Source: Candidatus Omnitrophota bacterium | GTDB taxonomy: Bacteria; Omnitrophota; Gorgyraeia; Aquiviventales; Aquiviventaceae | DNA: 64,000 bases | Assembly: GCA_016193195.1 (NCBI GenBank) | Contig: JACPSQ010000086.1 | Span: forward strand, 17,299 to 81,298 | Reading direction: 5' to 3' | Part shown: positions 49,046 through 59,204 of the stretch, piece by piece | How the letters are laid out: the number at the start of each line of letters is the position of its first letter | How positions within the stretch are numbered: the stretch's first letter is position 1 | Position numbers and translations under genes: made by a program | Notes under the pieces: generated by a model | The model's database searches: none | What the model was told of the DNA's origin: nothing | The model's input: the letters and a program-made list of their open reading frames with translations, nothing else

Positions 49046-49809
49046 TGGGCGGCGCGGAACGCGTCCTTGCGGTGATCCCGGCGCGCGGCGGCTCCAAGGG
49101 GCTGCCGGGAAAAAACGTGCGGCTGTTTGCGGGGCTGCCGCTGATCGCCCATTCGATCCGGTGCGCCAAGATGTGCTCCCAGATCGACCGGTGCGTCGTC
49201 TCGACTGACTCGGCTGACATCGCCGCCGTGGCGCGCCAGCATGGCGGCGAGGCGCCGTTCCTGCGTCCGCCGGAGCTTGCGCGCGATGAGAGCCCGATCT
49301 GGCCGGTGCTCCAGCACGCCCTGGGAGCGGTTGAGGAGTCCGAGCGAGCAGCCTACGCGTTCGTCGTGCTGCTCGATCCGACGTCGCCGTCGCGGGAGCC
49401 CTCAGATGTGGCGGAGGCCCTGCGCCGCCTGCGCGCGACCCCAGCAGCCGACGGCATCATCGGCGTCTCGCGACCCGAGTTCAATCCGATCTGGCACTGC
49501 GTGGTCGAGCGCACGGGGTGGATGGCGGACCTGATCGAGGCCGGCGCCCGCTATGAGCGCCGGCAAGACGTCCCGACGGTCTATCGCATCAACGGCTCGC
49601 TCTATCTGTGGCGGGCGGAGTTTGTGCGCCGATGCGAGCAGCCTTGGCGCCGCAGCGGCCGGCATCTCCTGTACGAAATCCCCGAGGCCCGCGCCATGTC
49701 CATCGATACCGTTGAGGAATTTGGGCGCGCGGAGACCCTGGTGAACGCCGGGCTGATCCGGCTGCCGTGGCTCGATGGGAGTTTGGTCAGGCCGGCGGGG
49801 GTGGCATGA
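49045..49809 (+). CDS. CMP-nonulosonic acid synthetase (acylneuraminate cytidylyltransferase family; NeuA/LegF/PtmB-like)
   Basis: VIPARGGSKGLPGKNV, the CTP_transf_3 signature. Confidence 0.8.
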   Translation: MGGAERVLAVIPARGGSKGLPGKNVRLFAGLPLIAHSIRCAKMCSQIDRCVVSTDSADIAAVARQHGGEAPFLRPPELARDESPIWPVLQHALGAVEESERAAYAFVVLLDPTSPSREPSDVAEALRRLRATPAADGIIGVSRPEFNPIWHCVVERTGWMADLIEAGARYERRQDVPTVYRINGSLYLWRAEFVRRCEQPWRRSGRHLLYEIPEARAMSIDTVEEFGRAETLVNAGLIRLPWLDGSLVRPAGVA

Positions 49810-50651
49810 CCCGGCTCCGGGAGCGCGCCACGAGGGCCCCGGCGGCCAAGGGATCGCTCGGCCGGCTCATGGATCTCTCCAGCCGGCGGGCGCTGGTCAC
49901 CGGCGGGGCGGGGCATATCGGCTTCGTCGTGGCCGAGTCGCTGGTCGAGCTGGGCGCCAAGGTGGCCCTGTTGGATGTCGAGGCCGACGCCTGCCGGCAG
50001 CGCCTCGCGCAGCTCTCGCGGCGGCGGGCGGACAGCGCCGTGGCGGTGCCGTGCGATCTCCTTGATGAGGCCTCCACGCGCCGCGCGGTCCAGGCCGCCG
50101 CGGCCCAGTGGGGAGGCTTGGAGATCCTGGTCCACTGCGCCGGGTATGTCGGCACGACGAAGGTGGACGGCTGGGCGGTCCCGTTCGGCGCGCAGACCGT
50201 CAAGGCGTGGGACGCGGCCATGCGGGTGAATGTCACCTCGGCGTTCGTCATGGTCCAGGAGGCCAAGGAGGCCCTTGCACAATCCGGGCATGGCTCGGTG
50301 ATCTTCCTCTCCTCGATCTACGGGGTGGTGGGCCCTGACCCGCGCCTCTATGCGGAATCCGAATTGGCCAACCCTGCAGGTTATGGGACCTCCAAAGGCG
50401 GGCTGTTGCAGCTCATGCGGTATCTGGCGACGACGCTGGCCCCGCGGGTTCGCGTGAACGCGGTCTCGCCTGGCGGCGTCTGGCGCCACCAGCCGGAGGC
50501 GTTCGTCCAGCGGTATCTGGCGCGCACCCCGTTGGGCCGGATGGCCACTGAGGAAGATGTGAAGGGCGCGGTGGCCTATCTGGCCAGCGACCTCTCTGCG
50601 TACGTGACAGGGCACAACCTGGTCGTCGACGGGGGGTGGACGGCATGGTGA
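49806..50651 (+). CDS. Short-chain dehydrogenase/reductase (PtmA-like context)
   Basis: ALVTGGAGHIGF and YGTSKGGLL (YxxxK). Confidence 0.75.
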   Translation: MTRLRERATRAPAAKGSLGRLMDLSSRRALVTGGAGHIGFVVAESLVELGAKVALLDVEADACRQRLAQLSRRRADSAVAVPCDLLDEASTRRAVQAAAAQWGGLEILVHCAGYVGTTKVDGWAVPFGAQTVKAWDAAMRVNVTSAFVMVQEAKEALAQSGHGSVIFLSSIYGVVGPDPRLYAESELANPAGYGTSKGGLLQLMRYLATTLAPRVRVNAVSPGGVWRHQPEAFVQRYLARTPLGRMATEEDVKGAVAYLASDLSAYVTGHNLVVDGGWTAW

Positions 50652-51697
50652 GGGCCGTGATGATCGCCGGTCACCGGCTGGGAGCCGAATCCCCCTGCTT
50701 CATCGTGGCGGAGGCCGGCGTCAACCACAACGGCGATCTTAGGACGGCCCGGCGACTGGTGGACGTCGCGGTTGAGGCGCGGGCCGATGCCGTGAAGTTT
50801 CAGACGTTCAAGGCTGAGCGGCTCGCGACGGCGGCGGCGCCGAAGGCCCGCTACCAGCGCCGGACGCCGAAGGATGCCGAATCTCAGCTTGAGATGCTCA
50901 GGCGGCTTGAGCTCTCGCCCCAGGCGCACCGGGCGCTGGCGGACTACTGCCGCAGGCGCACGATCCTGTTTCTCTCGAGCCCGTTCGATGAGGAGAGCGT
51001 GGAGGCGCTTGCCCGTCTCGAGGTACCCGCCTTCAAGATCGCCTCAGGGGAGCTGACGAATCTCCCCCTGCTCGAGCGGATCGCGCGCACCGGCCGGCCA
51101 GTCATCCTGTCGACGGGGATGTCGACGCTGGAGGAGGTCCACGCGGCCGTGCGGGCCTTGCGCGGCGCCGGCACCACGCAGGTGGTGCTGCTGCACTGCG
51201 TCAGCAGCTACCCTGCCAGGGCCGCGGATGCGAATCTGCGGGCCATGGCCACGCTGGCGAGGGCCTTCCGGGTGCCGGTGGGCTACTCGGACCATACGCC
51301 GGGCGTGGAAGTGGCGCTCGCAGCGGTGGCGCTGGGGGCGTGCCTCATCGAGAAGCACGTTACGCTTGATCGCGCCCTCCCCGGACCAGATCACCGGGCG
51401 TCGCTTGAGCCGCAGGAATTCGCGGCGCTGGTTCGCGGCATCCGGACGGTCGAGCTGGCGATGGGCGACGGGCGCAAGCACCCCGCCCCCGGCGAGATCC
51501 AGATGGCGGCTGTGGCGCGCAGGAGCTTGGTGGCGGCTCAGGATGTCCGGGCCGGCACGCGGTTCACCGAGGCGCTCATCGCGATCAAGCGTCCGGGGAC
51601 GGGACTCACGCCCGCCCTGAGGCCGCGCCTGGTCGGGCGCGTCGCCAAGGCGGATATTGCGGTAGGGACACCCCTGACGTGGGAGATGGTCGCATGA
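50636..51697 (+). CDS. neuB: Nonulosonic acid synthase (NeuB/LegI/PseI family)
   Basis: FIVAEAGVNHNGD...AVKFQTF, the NeuB TIM-barrel signature, with a C-terminal SAF/antifreeze-like domain. Confidence 0.85.
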   Translation: MDGMVRAVMIAGHRLGAESPCFIVAEAGVNHNGDLRTARRLVDVAVEARADAVKFQTFKAERLATAAAPKARYQRRTPKDAESQLEMLRRLELSPQAHRALADYCRRRTILFLSSPFDEESVEALARLEVPAFKIASGELTNLPLLERIARTGRPVILSTGMSTLEEVHAAVRALRGAGTTQVVLLHCVSSYPARAADANLRAMATLARAFRVPVGYSDHTPGVEVALAAVALGACLIEKHVTLDRALPGPDHRASLEPQEFAALVRGIRTVELAMGDGRKHPAPGEIQMAAVARRSLVAAQDVRAGTRFTEALIAIKRPGTGLTPALRPRLVGRVAKADIAVGTPLTWEMVA

Positions 51698-51713
51698 AAG
51701 GAGGCAGGCGCGG

Positions 51714-51917
51714 ATGCCCAAGTTTCTGAAAGGGAACTACCGGTTGCCGAAAGGCAAGGCCACACTAGCAAGGAAACAGGCGCGCAAGGATCTGACCCAG
51801 CAATTCGAGGAACGCGCGCTGGCGAAGCTGGGAGGAAGCCTCTGCTTCGTCATGAAGAAAGGGACGTTCGTCTGGACCGACGAGGCTGATGAAGGCGCTC
51901 GCCAAGCATCTGGTTGA
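51714..51917 (+). CDS. Small basic hypothetical protein (67 aa)
   Basis: A strong Shine-Dalgarno (AAAGGAGG, 51697-51704) lies 9 nt upstream of the ATG. The N-terminus is Lys/Arg-rich. No known domain. Confidence 0.3.
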   Translation: MPKFLKGNYRLPKGKATLARKQARKDLTQQFEERALAKLGGSLCFVMKKGTFVWTDEADEGARQASG

Positions 51918-52914
51918 CCGCATGGACCGGCTGACCGCCGCACGGTCAGTCGAGGCGGCGGTCAAGAACGTCCAGGCCAATCAGCCCTACATCCGTCTGA
52001 CGATTGCGGATCTGGCCGCGCAGGCGCGCCGGTCTCCTCCGGACTCGGCGGTCGTCATCGGGGCCGGCCCGAGCCTGCACCGCCGCAACCCCGTCGCCCA
52101 GCTCCTCGAGAGCGGCTATGAGGGCGCGGTGGTCGCCGCCGACGGCGCGCTGGGCTATTGCTTGCGCAACGGCTTGGTGCCGGAGTACGTCGTCACCTTG
52201 GACCCGCACCCGGCGCGGGTCTGCCGGTGGTTCGGAGATCCGGAGCTCGAGTCCCGGCGGGACGGGGACGACTACTTCCGGCGGCAGGACTTGGATCCCT
52301 ATTTGGGAGTGGAGGAGTTCAAGCGGAATCGAGCGTTGATCGAGCTGGTCAACCGTCACGGTCCCTCCATCAAGGCGATCATCTGCACCAGCGTGGCCTC
52401 CAACGTGACCAAGCGGTGCGTGGAGTCGGGGATGGAGCTCTACTGGTGGAACCCGCTGGTGGATGACGTCGAGCAGCCCAAGAGCCTGACCCGCCGGCTC
52501 CACCGCCTGAACGGCGCCCCGTGCATGGTCAGCGGCGGGAATGTGGGGGCCTCGGCGTGGGTGGCCGCCAGCCAGGTGCTGGGCGCTCGGGAGATCGCCG
52601 TCACGGGGATGGACTTCAGCTACCCGCCGGGGACGCCGATGGAGAAGACGCAGTACTTTAAAGAGCTGGTGGAGCTCTTTGGCAAGCGCGCCCACGACGC
52701 CTTGATTGTGGTTAGGAATCCGCATCTCAACGAAACGTGGTTGACGGATCCGGCGTACTACTGGTACCGCGAGACGTTCCTCCGGCTGGCCGCCCAGGCC
52801 GAGGCGGTCACGTACAACTGCACCGAAGGCGGGATCCTGTTCGGCAAGGCGGTCCGGTGGACGTCCTTGCGGGCCTTCCTGGCGGCCCGGCGCGCGGCCG
52901 AAGCGGTCCATTGA
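51889..52914 (+). CDS. DUF115 / MptE-like (Maf-type) domain protein, candidate nonulosonic-acid transferase
   Basis: VVIGAGPSL and the conserved acidic blocks are typical of the MAF_flag10/DUF115 domain. Confidence 0.45.
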   Translation: MKALAKHLVDRMDRLTAARSVEAAVKNVQANQPYIRLTIADLAAQARRSPPDSAVVIGAGPSLHRRNPVAQLLESGYEGAVVAADGALGYCLRNGLVPEYVVTLDPHPARVCRWFGDPELESRRDGDDYFRRQDLDPYLGVEEFKRNRALIELVNRHGPSIKAIICTSVASNVTKRCVESGMELYWWNPLVDDVEQPKSLTRRLHRLNGAPCMVSGGNVGASAWVAASQVLGAREIAVTGMDFSYPPGTPMEKTQYFKELVELFGKRAHDALIVVRNPHLNETWLTDPAYYWYRETFLRLAAQAEAVTYNCTEGGILFGKAVRWTSLRAFLAARRAAEAVH

Positions 52915-52917
52915 GCC

Positions 52918-54522
52918 ATGGCGAAAATCCTCTTCATCAATCCGGTGATTCGCGAAGAAGACGATCCCAAGCACGTGCCCTACGGGATCGCGCTCTTGGC
53001 GGCCCTTGCCATCCAGAAGGGCCACAAAGTTCAGGTCTACGACGCCAATGGCTGGCGGCTGGGCGATGAAGCCTTGCGCGAGGCGATCGAGGCGGATGAG
53101 TGGGACGTGATCGCCTCCGGGTGCATCACCACCGGCTACGGGTCGCTGAAAAAGATCGTCCAGTGTGCCAAGCAGTATGCGCCGCGCGCGGTGGTGGTGG
53201 TCGGCGGCGGGGTGCTGACCAGCATGCCCTTTGAGATCATGACGTTCCTTCCCCAGGTCGACGTCGGGATCGTGGGCGAGGCCTTCGTGACGTTGCTCGA
53301 GCTGCTGGAGCGGATCGATCGCCGCGAGCGGGATTGGTCGGCGGTCAAGGGCGTGATCTATCGGGCGGCATCCGGCGAGCTGCAGCTGACGGAGATCCGT
53401 CCCCTCATCGGCCGCGAGGCGCTCGATCAGCTGCCGTATCCCGCCTGGGAGCTGTTCCCGCTGGAGCTCTACTGGAAACACAGCCAGCTGCTCTACAGCG
53501 AGGAAGCATTCACGTCGAAGCGCCGCCTGGACATCAACGCCAGCTACGGGTGCTCTTTGATCTGCCGGTTCTGTTTTCATCTGGGGATCACGGGGGACCT
53601 GAACTATACCAACGCCCCCGGCGGCAAGCGGGATGTGGAATTCACCTACAAGCGGGAGATTCGATGGCACAGCGCCGAGTATGTGGTGCGCATGGTCCGA
53701 TACATGCGGGATCGATTCGGCGTGGACTTCGTGCTCTTCCTCGATGAGAACCTCATGACGATGAACTCCTACAGCCACTGGACGTGGCTGCCTGAAGTGG
53801 CCAAGGCCTGGATCGACGCGGGCTTGCAGCCAAGCTGCCGGCGGGAGAAGAGACCCCATGATACGAAGTGTCGTGGAGTACACTGGGGCGGGACAAGCCA
53901 CGCGACCCTCGTGCGCAAGGATTTGTTGAAGATCCTCTTCGACTCCGGGTGCAGCCAGCTCCTGTATGGGTATGAGTCATTTTCCGACCGCATCCTCCGA
54001 AACGTCGGCAAGGGCACCACCGCAGCGCTCAATGAGCGCTCGCTCAAGTGGACGATCGAGGCCGGCATCCGGCCGATCCCCAATCAGATCATCGGCTTTC
54101 CCGATGAGTTTTTCGACAGCATCCGGGACAGCGTCCGCGCCTGGGAGCGCATGGGGATTGTGGTGAAGCCGTTCTTCGCCACTCCCTACCCGGGCTCCGA
54201 GTGGTATTACACCTACAAGGATCGGATCTTGGAGCAATACAACGGAGACCTGGAAGCGTTCCTGCTGGATCTAGGCGATGCCACGAAGATTACCGCGGTC
54301 ATCAGCGAAAATTTCAACGCCGTGGAGCTGCTCGGCCTGCGCGAGCTCATGGTCAACCGTGACCTCAAGCACATCGATGAGTACGAGCGTCTGTGGCGAA
54401 GCCGGCACGGCGAGCCGTTCATTCCCGATTTTCGACGGTTTCCACGCGTCCAAGCCAAAGACCTCAGGGTCTTACAAACGCAGACGCCATCGCAACCGGT
54501 GGTCGAGGAAGTCACAGCATGA
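52918..54522 (+). CDS. Cobalamin-binding radical SAM enzyme (class B) #3
   Basis: An N-terminal B12-binding-like domain (AKILFINP...VVVVGGGV). SYGCSLICRFCFH is CxxxCxxC. Confidence 0.8.
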   Translation: MAKILFINPVIREEDDPKHVPYGIALLAALAIQKGHKVQVYDANGWRLGDEALREAIEADEWDVIASGCITTGYGSLKKIVQCAKQYAPRAVVVVGGGVLTSMPFEIMTFLPQVDVGIVGEAFVTLLELLERIDRRERDWSAVKGVIYRAASGELQLTEIRPLIGREALDQLPYPAWELFPLELYWKHSQLLYSEEAFTSKRRLDINASYGCSLICRFCFHLGITGDLNYTNAPGGKRDVEFTYKREIRWHSAEYVVRMVRYMRDRFGVDFVLFLDENLMTMNSYSHWTWLPEVAKAWIDAGLQPSCRREKRPHDTKCRGVHWGGTSHATLVRKDLLKILFDSGCSQLLYGYESFSDRILRNVGKGTTAALNERSLKWTIEAGIRPIPNQIIGFPDEFFDSIRDSVRAWERMGIVVKPFFATPYPGSEWYYTYKDRILEQYNGDLEAFLLDLGDATKITAVISENFNAVELLGLRELMVNRDLKHIDEYERLWRSRHGEPFIPDFRRFPRVQAKDLRVLQTQTPSQPVVEEVTA

Positions 54523-55718
54523 GAACGATTGGTGTCGTGACGGTCAACCGGTCGGATTACGGCATCTCCCTGCCGATCCTCCGGCGAATCCAGCAAGAAC
54601 CTGAACTGGCCCTCCACCTGATTGTCGCTGGGGCGCATCTGTCACCGGAGTTCGGGCTGACCGTCACGGCCATCGAGGCCGACGGGTTTCACATAGGCGA
54701 CCGGGTGGAGATGTTGGTGTCGTCAGACACGCCGGAGGGGATTGTGAAATCGATGGGCCTGGGCCTGATCGGGTTTGCGCAGAGCTTCACTCGCCGGCGG
54801 CCCGATATGGTGGTCGTCGTGGCGGATCGCTTTGAGATGCATGCCGCAGCCTTGGCCGCGCTGCCGCTGAAGATCCCCCTCGCGCATGTCCACGGGGGAG
54901 AGCTGAGCCAAGGCGCCATGGATGATGCGCTGCGGCATTCGATCACGAAACTCAGTCACCTCCATTTTGTCTCGACGAAAGAAGCGGCTCATCGCGTCCG
55001 GCAGATGGGGGAGGAGGCCTGGCGTGTGGTTGTGTCTGGCGCGCCCAGCCTTGATCATGTGCGCACGATCCCTCGCCTGTCAATCCAGGAATTGGAAGCC
55101 CGCGTTGGGATGCGTTTGGGGCAGGCGCCGCTGCTGGTGACCTATCATCCCGTGACGCTGGAGTATGAGCAAACCGAATGGCAGATCGGCGAACTGCTGG
55201 CGGCGCTGCAGGCGATCACGCGCCCCATGGTGTTCACGCTTCCCAACCCCGATACCAGCAGCCGAGTGATCCGTCGTATGATCGAGGCCTTTCTCGAGCG
55301 ACAGCCACACGCCAGGCTCGTGGAGAATTTTGGCACTCAGGGCTACTTGAGCATCATGGGCTATGCGGCCGCGATGGTCGGCAACTCCTCCAGCGGAATC
55401 ATCGAGGCACCATCCTTTGAGCTGCCGGTGGTCAACATCGGCACGAGGCAGGAGGGGCGGGTCAGGGCCGACAACGTGATTGATGTGAACTGCGCTCGGG
55501 CCGACATCGCTCAGGGCATCGTTCGAGCGCTTGCTCCGACATTCCGTGCGCGTCTGCGAGGGCTCCACAATCCTTACGGGCAGGGCGATGCGGCTGAGAT
55601 CATCGTTGGGCGGCTCAAGGACATTCCGTTGGATGCGCGGCTTATCCGAAAACGATTCATCGATCAGCCAGGCCAGGCGGATGCGGCCGACCCACAGGCA
55701 AGCCTCTATGCCCGTTGA
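54519..55718 (+). CDS. UDP-/GDP-N-acetylhexosamine 2-epimerase (hydrolysing), NeuC/LegG-like
   Basis: GDRFEMHAAALAALPLKIPLAHVHGGE, the Epimerase_2 core. ATGA-coupled. Confidence 0.8.
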   Translation: MRTIGVVTVNRSDYGISLPILRRIQQEPELALHLIVAGAHLSPEFGLTVTAIEADGFHIGDRVEMLVSSDTPEGIVKSMGLGLIGFAQSFTRRRPDMVVVVADRFEMHAAALAALPLKIPLAHVHGGELSQGAMDDALRHSITKLSHLHFVSTKEAAHRVRQMGEEAWRVVVSGAPSLDHVRTIPRLSIQELEARVGMRLGQAPLLVTYHPVTLEYEQTEWQIGELLAALQAITRPMVFTLPNPDTSSRVIRRMIEAFLERQPHARLVENFGTQGYLSIMGYAAAMVGNSSSGIIEAPSFELPVVNIGTRQEGRVRADNVIDVNCARADIAQGIVRALAPTFRARLRGLHNPYGQGDAAEIIVGRLKDIPLDARLIRKRFIDQPGQADAADPQASLYAR

Positions 55719-56403
55719 CGTGCCGACGTGCGTGATCCTTGGCGGGGGCGGCCATGCGCGCGTGCTCATCGATTGCTTGCGCGCGAGCGAGGTCGCGCTT
55801 CCTTATGCGGTGCTGGATGCGGATCGATCGTTGTGGGGACGTGAGGTGCTCGGCGTGCCGGTTCGGGGTGGAGATGGCTTGCTTCCCGACTTGCTGCGAG
55901 AGGGCATTCGGCATTTTGTCGTTGGGGTGGGCGGGATCGGCGACAACGAACCACGCCGCCGGTTATTTGAGCGGGCCCGGCGACAAGGGCTGACGCCGCT
56001 GCGCGTGTGCCATCCGTCAGCGATGTGTTCGCCGTCGGCGGTCATTGGGCAGGGCACCGTCGTCTTCCCGCACGCGGTGGTCAATACCGGCGCGCGCCTC
56101 GGAGTCAATGTCATCGTGAACACCTCGGCGGTCATCGAGCACGACTGCGTCGTCGGCGACCATGTTCATGTGGCGACCGGAGCTGTGCTCTGCAGCACGG
56201 TGCATGTGGGCGTGCTGGCTCACATCGGTGCAGGGGCTGTCGTGCGGCAATGTCTGACGATTGGTGAAGGAGCCGTGGTAGGCGCTGGCGCTGCGGTTGT
56301 CAGGGACGTTCCTGCTGGCGTCACGGTGTTTGGAGTTCCGGCTGAGCCCGCCGATTCGATCCTCGGTGGAGTGGAAGACCTGCGGCGGGAGAATCTGGGA
56401 TGA
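55708..56403 (+). CDS. NeuD/PglD-family sugar N/O-acetyltransferase (hexapeptide)
   Basis: An N-terminal ILGGGGHARVLID Rossmann-like motif plus C-terminal hexapeptide repeats. Confidence 0.7.
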   Translation: MPVDVPTCVILGGGGHARVLIDCLRASEVALPYAVLDADRSLWGREVLGVPVRGGDGLLPDLLREGIRHFVVGVGGIGDNEPRRRLFERARRQGLTPLRVCHPSAMCSPSAVIGQGTVVFPHAVVNTGARLGVNVIVNTSAVIEHDCVVGDHVHVATGAVLCSTVHVGVLAHIGAGAVVRQCLTIGEGAVVGAGAAVVRDVPAGVTVFGVPAEPADSILGGVEDLRRENLG

Positions 56404-57269
56404 GCATTCGCATCATTCCGCGGCTGGATATCAAGGGTCCAAACCTGGTCAAGGGCATCCACTTGGAGGGGCTGCGCGTCCTGGGAAAACCCGAGCGGTT
56501 CGCCAGGTCCTACTACGAGCAGGGGGCTGATGAGCTCCTCTACATGGATGTGGTGGCGAGTCTCTATGGGCGCAACAGCCTGCTGGAGATCGTGCGGCGA
56601 ACGGCGCAGGAGATCTTTATCCCGCTGACCGTGGGAGGCGGCTTGAGGAGCCTTGAGGACATCATGGCCGTCTTGCGGGCCGGCGCTGACAAGGTCTCGC
56701 TCAACACCGCCGCGGTTGGCAACCCTGAGTTCATCCGGACGGCCTCGCGGCGGTTCGGGTCTTCCACCATCGTGGTCTCGATCGAGGCGATCCGGCAACC
56801 CGACGGGCGCTACCAGGCCTACACGGACAACGGGCGCCAGACGACCGGGCTGGATGCGGTGCAGTGGGCCATCCAAGCCGCCGAGCTGGGGGCCGGAGAG
56901 CTCCTGGTGACGTCGATTGACCGCGAAGGCACCGGCAAGGGGTTCGATCTTGAGCTGACGCGGCGAATCGCCGAGTCGGTGCCGATTCCTGTCATCGCCT
57001 GCGGAGGGGCGGGAACCGTGGAACACGTGGTGGAGGTCATCCGCGAGGGCCGGGCGGATGCCGTGTGCCTGGCTTCGATGTTGCACTACGCCTTCATCCG
57101 TGACGACCCCGGCACGGACGATTTTTCTACGGAGGGCAACACGGAATACCTGAAGACGCGCGGCAAGCTCTCGAGGATCCACGAGGCGAAGTTGCCCCAG
57201 ATCAAGGCGGCGCTGCCGGCGCGGGGCGTCCCGTGCCGCCCGGCCGCGGAAGCCGCTGTCCATGTCTGA
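56400..57269 (+). CDS. Imidazole-glycerol-phosphate synthase cyclase-like subunit (HisF paralog, WbuZ/PseA-system)
   Basis: RIIPRLDIKGPNLVKG...VGGGL... is the HisF fold. Confidence 0.8.
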   Translation: MSIRIIPRLDIKGPNLVKGIHLEGLRVLGKPERFARSYYEQGADELLYMDVVASLYGRNSLLEIVRRTAQEIFIPLTVGGGLRSLEDIMAVLRAGADKVSLNTAAVGNPEFIRTASRRFGSSTIVVSIEAIRQPDGRYQAYTDNGRQTTGLDAVQWAIQAAELGAGELLVTSIDREGTGKGFDLELTRRIAESVPIPVIACGGAGTVEHVVEVIREGRADAVCLASMLHYAFIRDDPGTDDFSTEGNTEYLKTRGKLSRIHEAKLPQIKAALPARGVPCRPAAEAAVHV

Positions 57270-57951
57270 GACCAAGCCGACGCGTGTGGCGATCGTGGAC
57301 TACGGAATGGGGAATCTATTCAGCGTCCAGCAGGCGTGCGCGCAGGCGGGGCTGGCCGCCGCGGTCACGGCGGAGCCGCAGACGGTGCTGGAGACGGATG
57401 CCGTGATCCTGCCCGGCGTGGGTGCATTCGGCGACGCCATGGCCGAGCTGACCCGTCGGGATCTCGTCGTCCCGCTGCGGGACGCCGTCGCCTCCGGCAA
57501 GCCGCTCCTAGGTATCTGCCTCGGGATGCAACTGCTGATGAGCGAGAGTCACGAGTTCGGACGACACCGAGGCCTGAACATCATCGAAGGTGAGGTGGTG
57601 CGCCTCCCGGTCAGCGCGGAGGAGCCGCCGCGGAGGGTCAAGGTACCTGAAGTGGGCTGGAATCCGGTGTGGCCTGTTCGGGAGGACGCGTGGGTGGGGA
57701 GCTTGCTGGAGGGTATCCCGGCGGGTGCGTGCATGTATTTTGTCCACTCCTACTACGTTCGTCCTGTGGATGCTACGCTAATCCTCTCCACGACGACCTA
57801 TGGACCGATCACCTATTGCTCGAGTCTGCAGTTTGGAAACGTCTTCGGCTGTCAGTTTCACCCTGAGCGGAGCGGCCCGGCGGGGTTGAAGATCTACCGG
57901 AATCTGGCCACCAGGCTGGGACGGCTGTATGCGGAGGTTGAGCGGTCATGA
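57262..57951 (+). CDS. Glutamine amidotransferase subunit (HisH paralog, WbuY-like)
   Basis: VAIVDYGMGNLFS...LPGVGAFG...GICLGMQLL is a class I GATase. Confidence 0.8.
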   Translation: MSETKPTRVAIVDYGMGNLFSVQQACAQAGLAAAVTAEPQTVLETDAVILPGVGAFGDAMAELTRRDLVVPLRDAVASGKPLLGICLGMQLLMSESHEFGRHRGLNIIEGEVVRLPVSAEEPPRRVKVPEVGWNPVWPVREDAWVGSLLEGIPAGACMYFVHSYYVRPVDATLILSTTTYGPITYCSSLQFGNVFGCQFHPERSGPAGLKIYRNLATRLGRLYAEVERS

Positions 57952-59180
57952 GCCTTGCGACGGCAGCGGGGAGGGAGGAGGCGCTCGAGTCGAAGTACGG
58001 GCTGCCACGCCAGGTCGTGTTCTGCAGGCGATGTGTCATGTCGAATCAGCGTCCCTGTTCTTCAATCGAATTCCTCCACACGAACACCCACAAGCATCGG
58101 CACCTCCACATTGATGAAGCAGGCGTCTGCGATGCCTGCCGGATGGCTGGGCAAAAAGAGCAGATTGACTGGAACCAGCGCGAGCAGGAGCTGCGGCAAC
58201 TCCTCGACCAGCACCGCCGGAGCGATGGAGAGTACGACTGCCTCGTGCCGGGCAGCGGTGGGAAGGACAGCTGCTATGCGGCGCACATCTTGAAGTACCG
58301 CTACGGCATGCACCCACTGACCGTGACGTGGCCCCCAGGCCTCTACACCGACATCGGCTTGAAGAACTTCCATAGCTGGATCACCGTGGGGGCGTTCGAC
58401 AACGTGACCTTCAGGCCCAATGGCCGCGTTCATGCGCTGTTAACCCGCCTCTCGATTGAGAACCTTCTCAACCCGTTCCAGACGTTCGTCCTCGGCCAGA
58501 AGAACCTTGCGCCGAAGGTGACGATGCGCTACGGGATCAAGCTGATCTTCTACGGCGAGAACGAGGCGGAGTACGGCAACCCGATCGCAGACAACACCAG
58601 CTCCCTGCGTGATCGGGCCTACTACGCGTTCAACGATCTCTCGCGGGTCCACCTCGGGGGCGTGTCGGTGCCGGAGTTGCGGGAGCGCTACGGCCTGACG
58701 CTCAACGATCTGCTGCCCTATCTGCCGGCGGACCCTCTCGAGCTTGAGCGCTCAGGGATTGAGGTGCGGTACCTCGGCTACTACCTGAAGTGGACGCCGC
58801 AGGAAGCCTACTACTACGCCGTCGAGCACTGTGGCTTTGAGGCGAATCCCTTTCGGACGGAAGGCACGTACAGCAAGTACAACAGCCTTGACGACAAGGC
58901 GGACGGGCTCCACTACTACACGGCCTACATCAAGTTCGGGCTTGGACGGGCCAGCTCCGACGCCTCGCAGGAGATCCGCAACAAGCACCTCACGCGCGAG
59001 GAGGGGGTCGCCCTTGTGCGCCGGTTCGACGGGGAATTTCCGGAGCGCTATTTCCGCGAAGTAATGGAGTCTATTGGGATGGCGCCGGAGCAGTTCCTCG
59101 AGTTGTGCGACGAATTTCGCTCACCCCATCTGTGGCGGAAGGAGGGTAACACATGGCAGCTTCGCCACCAGGTCTCCTAG
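57948..59180 (+). CDS. N-acetyl sugar amidotransferase (WbuX/WbpG/PseA-like, PP-loop)
   Basis: An N-terminal Cys-rich region (CRRCVMSN...GVCDACR) and the PP-loop LVPGSGGKDSCYAAH. Confidence 0.8.
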   Translation: MSLATAAGREEALESKYGLPRQVVFCRRCVMSNQRPCSSIEFLHTNTHKHRHLHIDEAGVCDACRMAGQKEQIDWNQREQELRQLLDQHRRSDGEYDCLVPGSGGKDSCYAAHILKYRYGMHPLTVTWPPGLYTDIGLKNFHSWITVGAFDNVTFRPNGRVHALLTRLSIENLLNPFQTFVLGQKNLAPKVTMRYGIKLIFYGENEAEYGNPIADNTSSLRDRAYYAFNDLSRVHLGGVSVPELRERYGLTLNDLLPYLPADPLELERSGIEVRYLGYYLKWTPQEAYYYAVEHCGFEANPFRTEGTYSKYNSLDDKADGLHYYTAYIKFGLGRASSDASQEIRNKHLTREEGVALVRRFDGEFPERYFREVMESIGMAPEQFLELCDEFRSPHLWRKEGNTWQLRHQVS

Positions 59181-59204
59181 CAGGCTGCGGAAATACTCGG
59201 CTCA

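Noticed and set aside
51946-53901. 651-aa minus-strand ORF, the longest alternative ORF in the window
   Set aside because: It overlaps the DUF115 gene and the third cobalamin rSAM gene on the opposite strand. The plus-strand frames contain CxxxCxxC and B12-binding-like motifs and fit the ATGA-coupled array. The minus translation is low-complexity.
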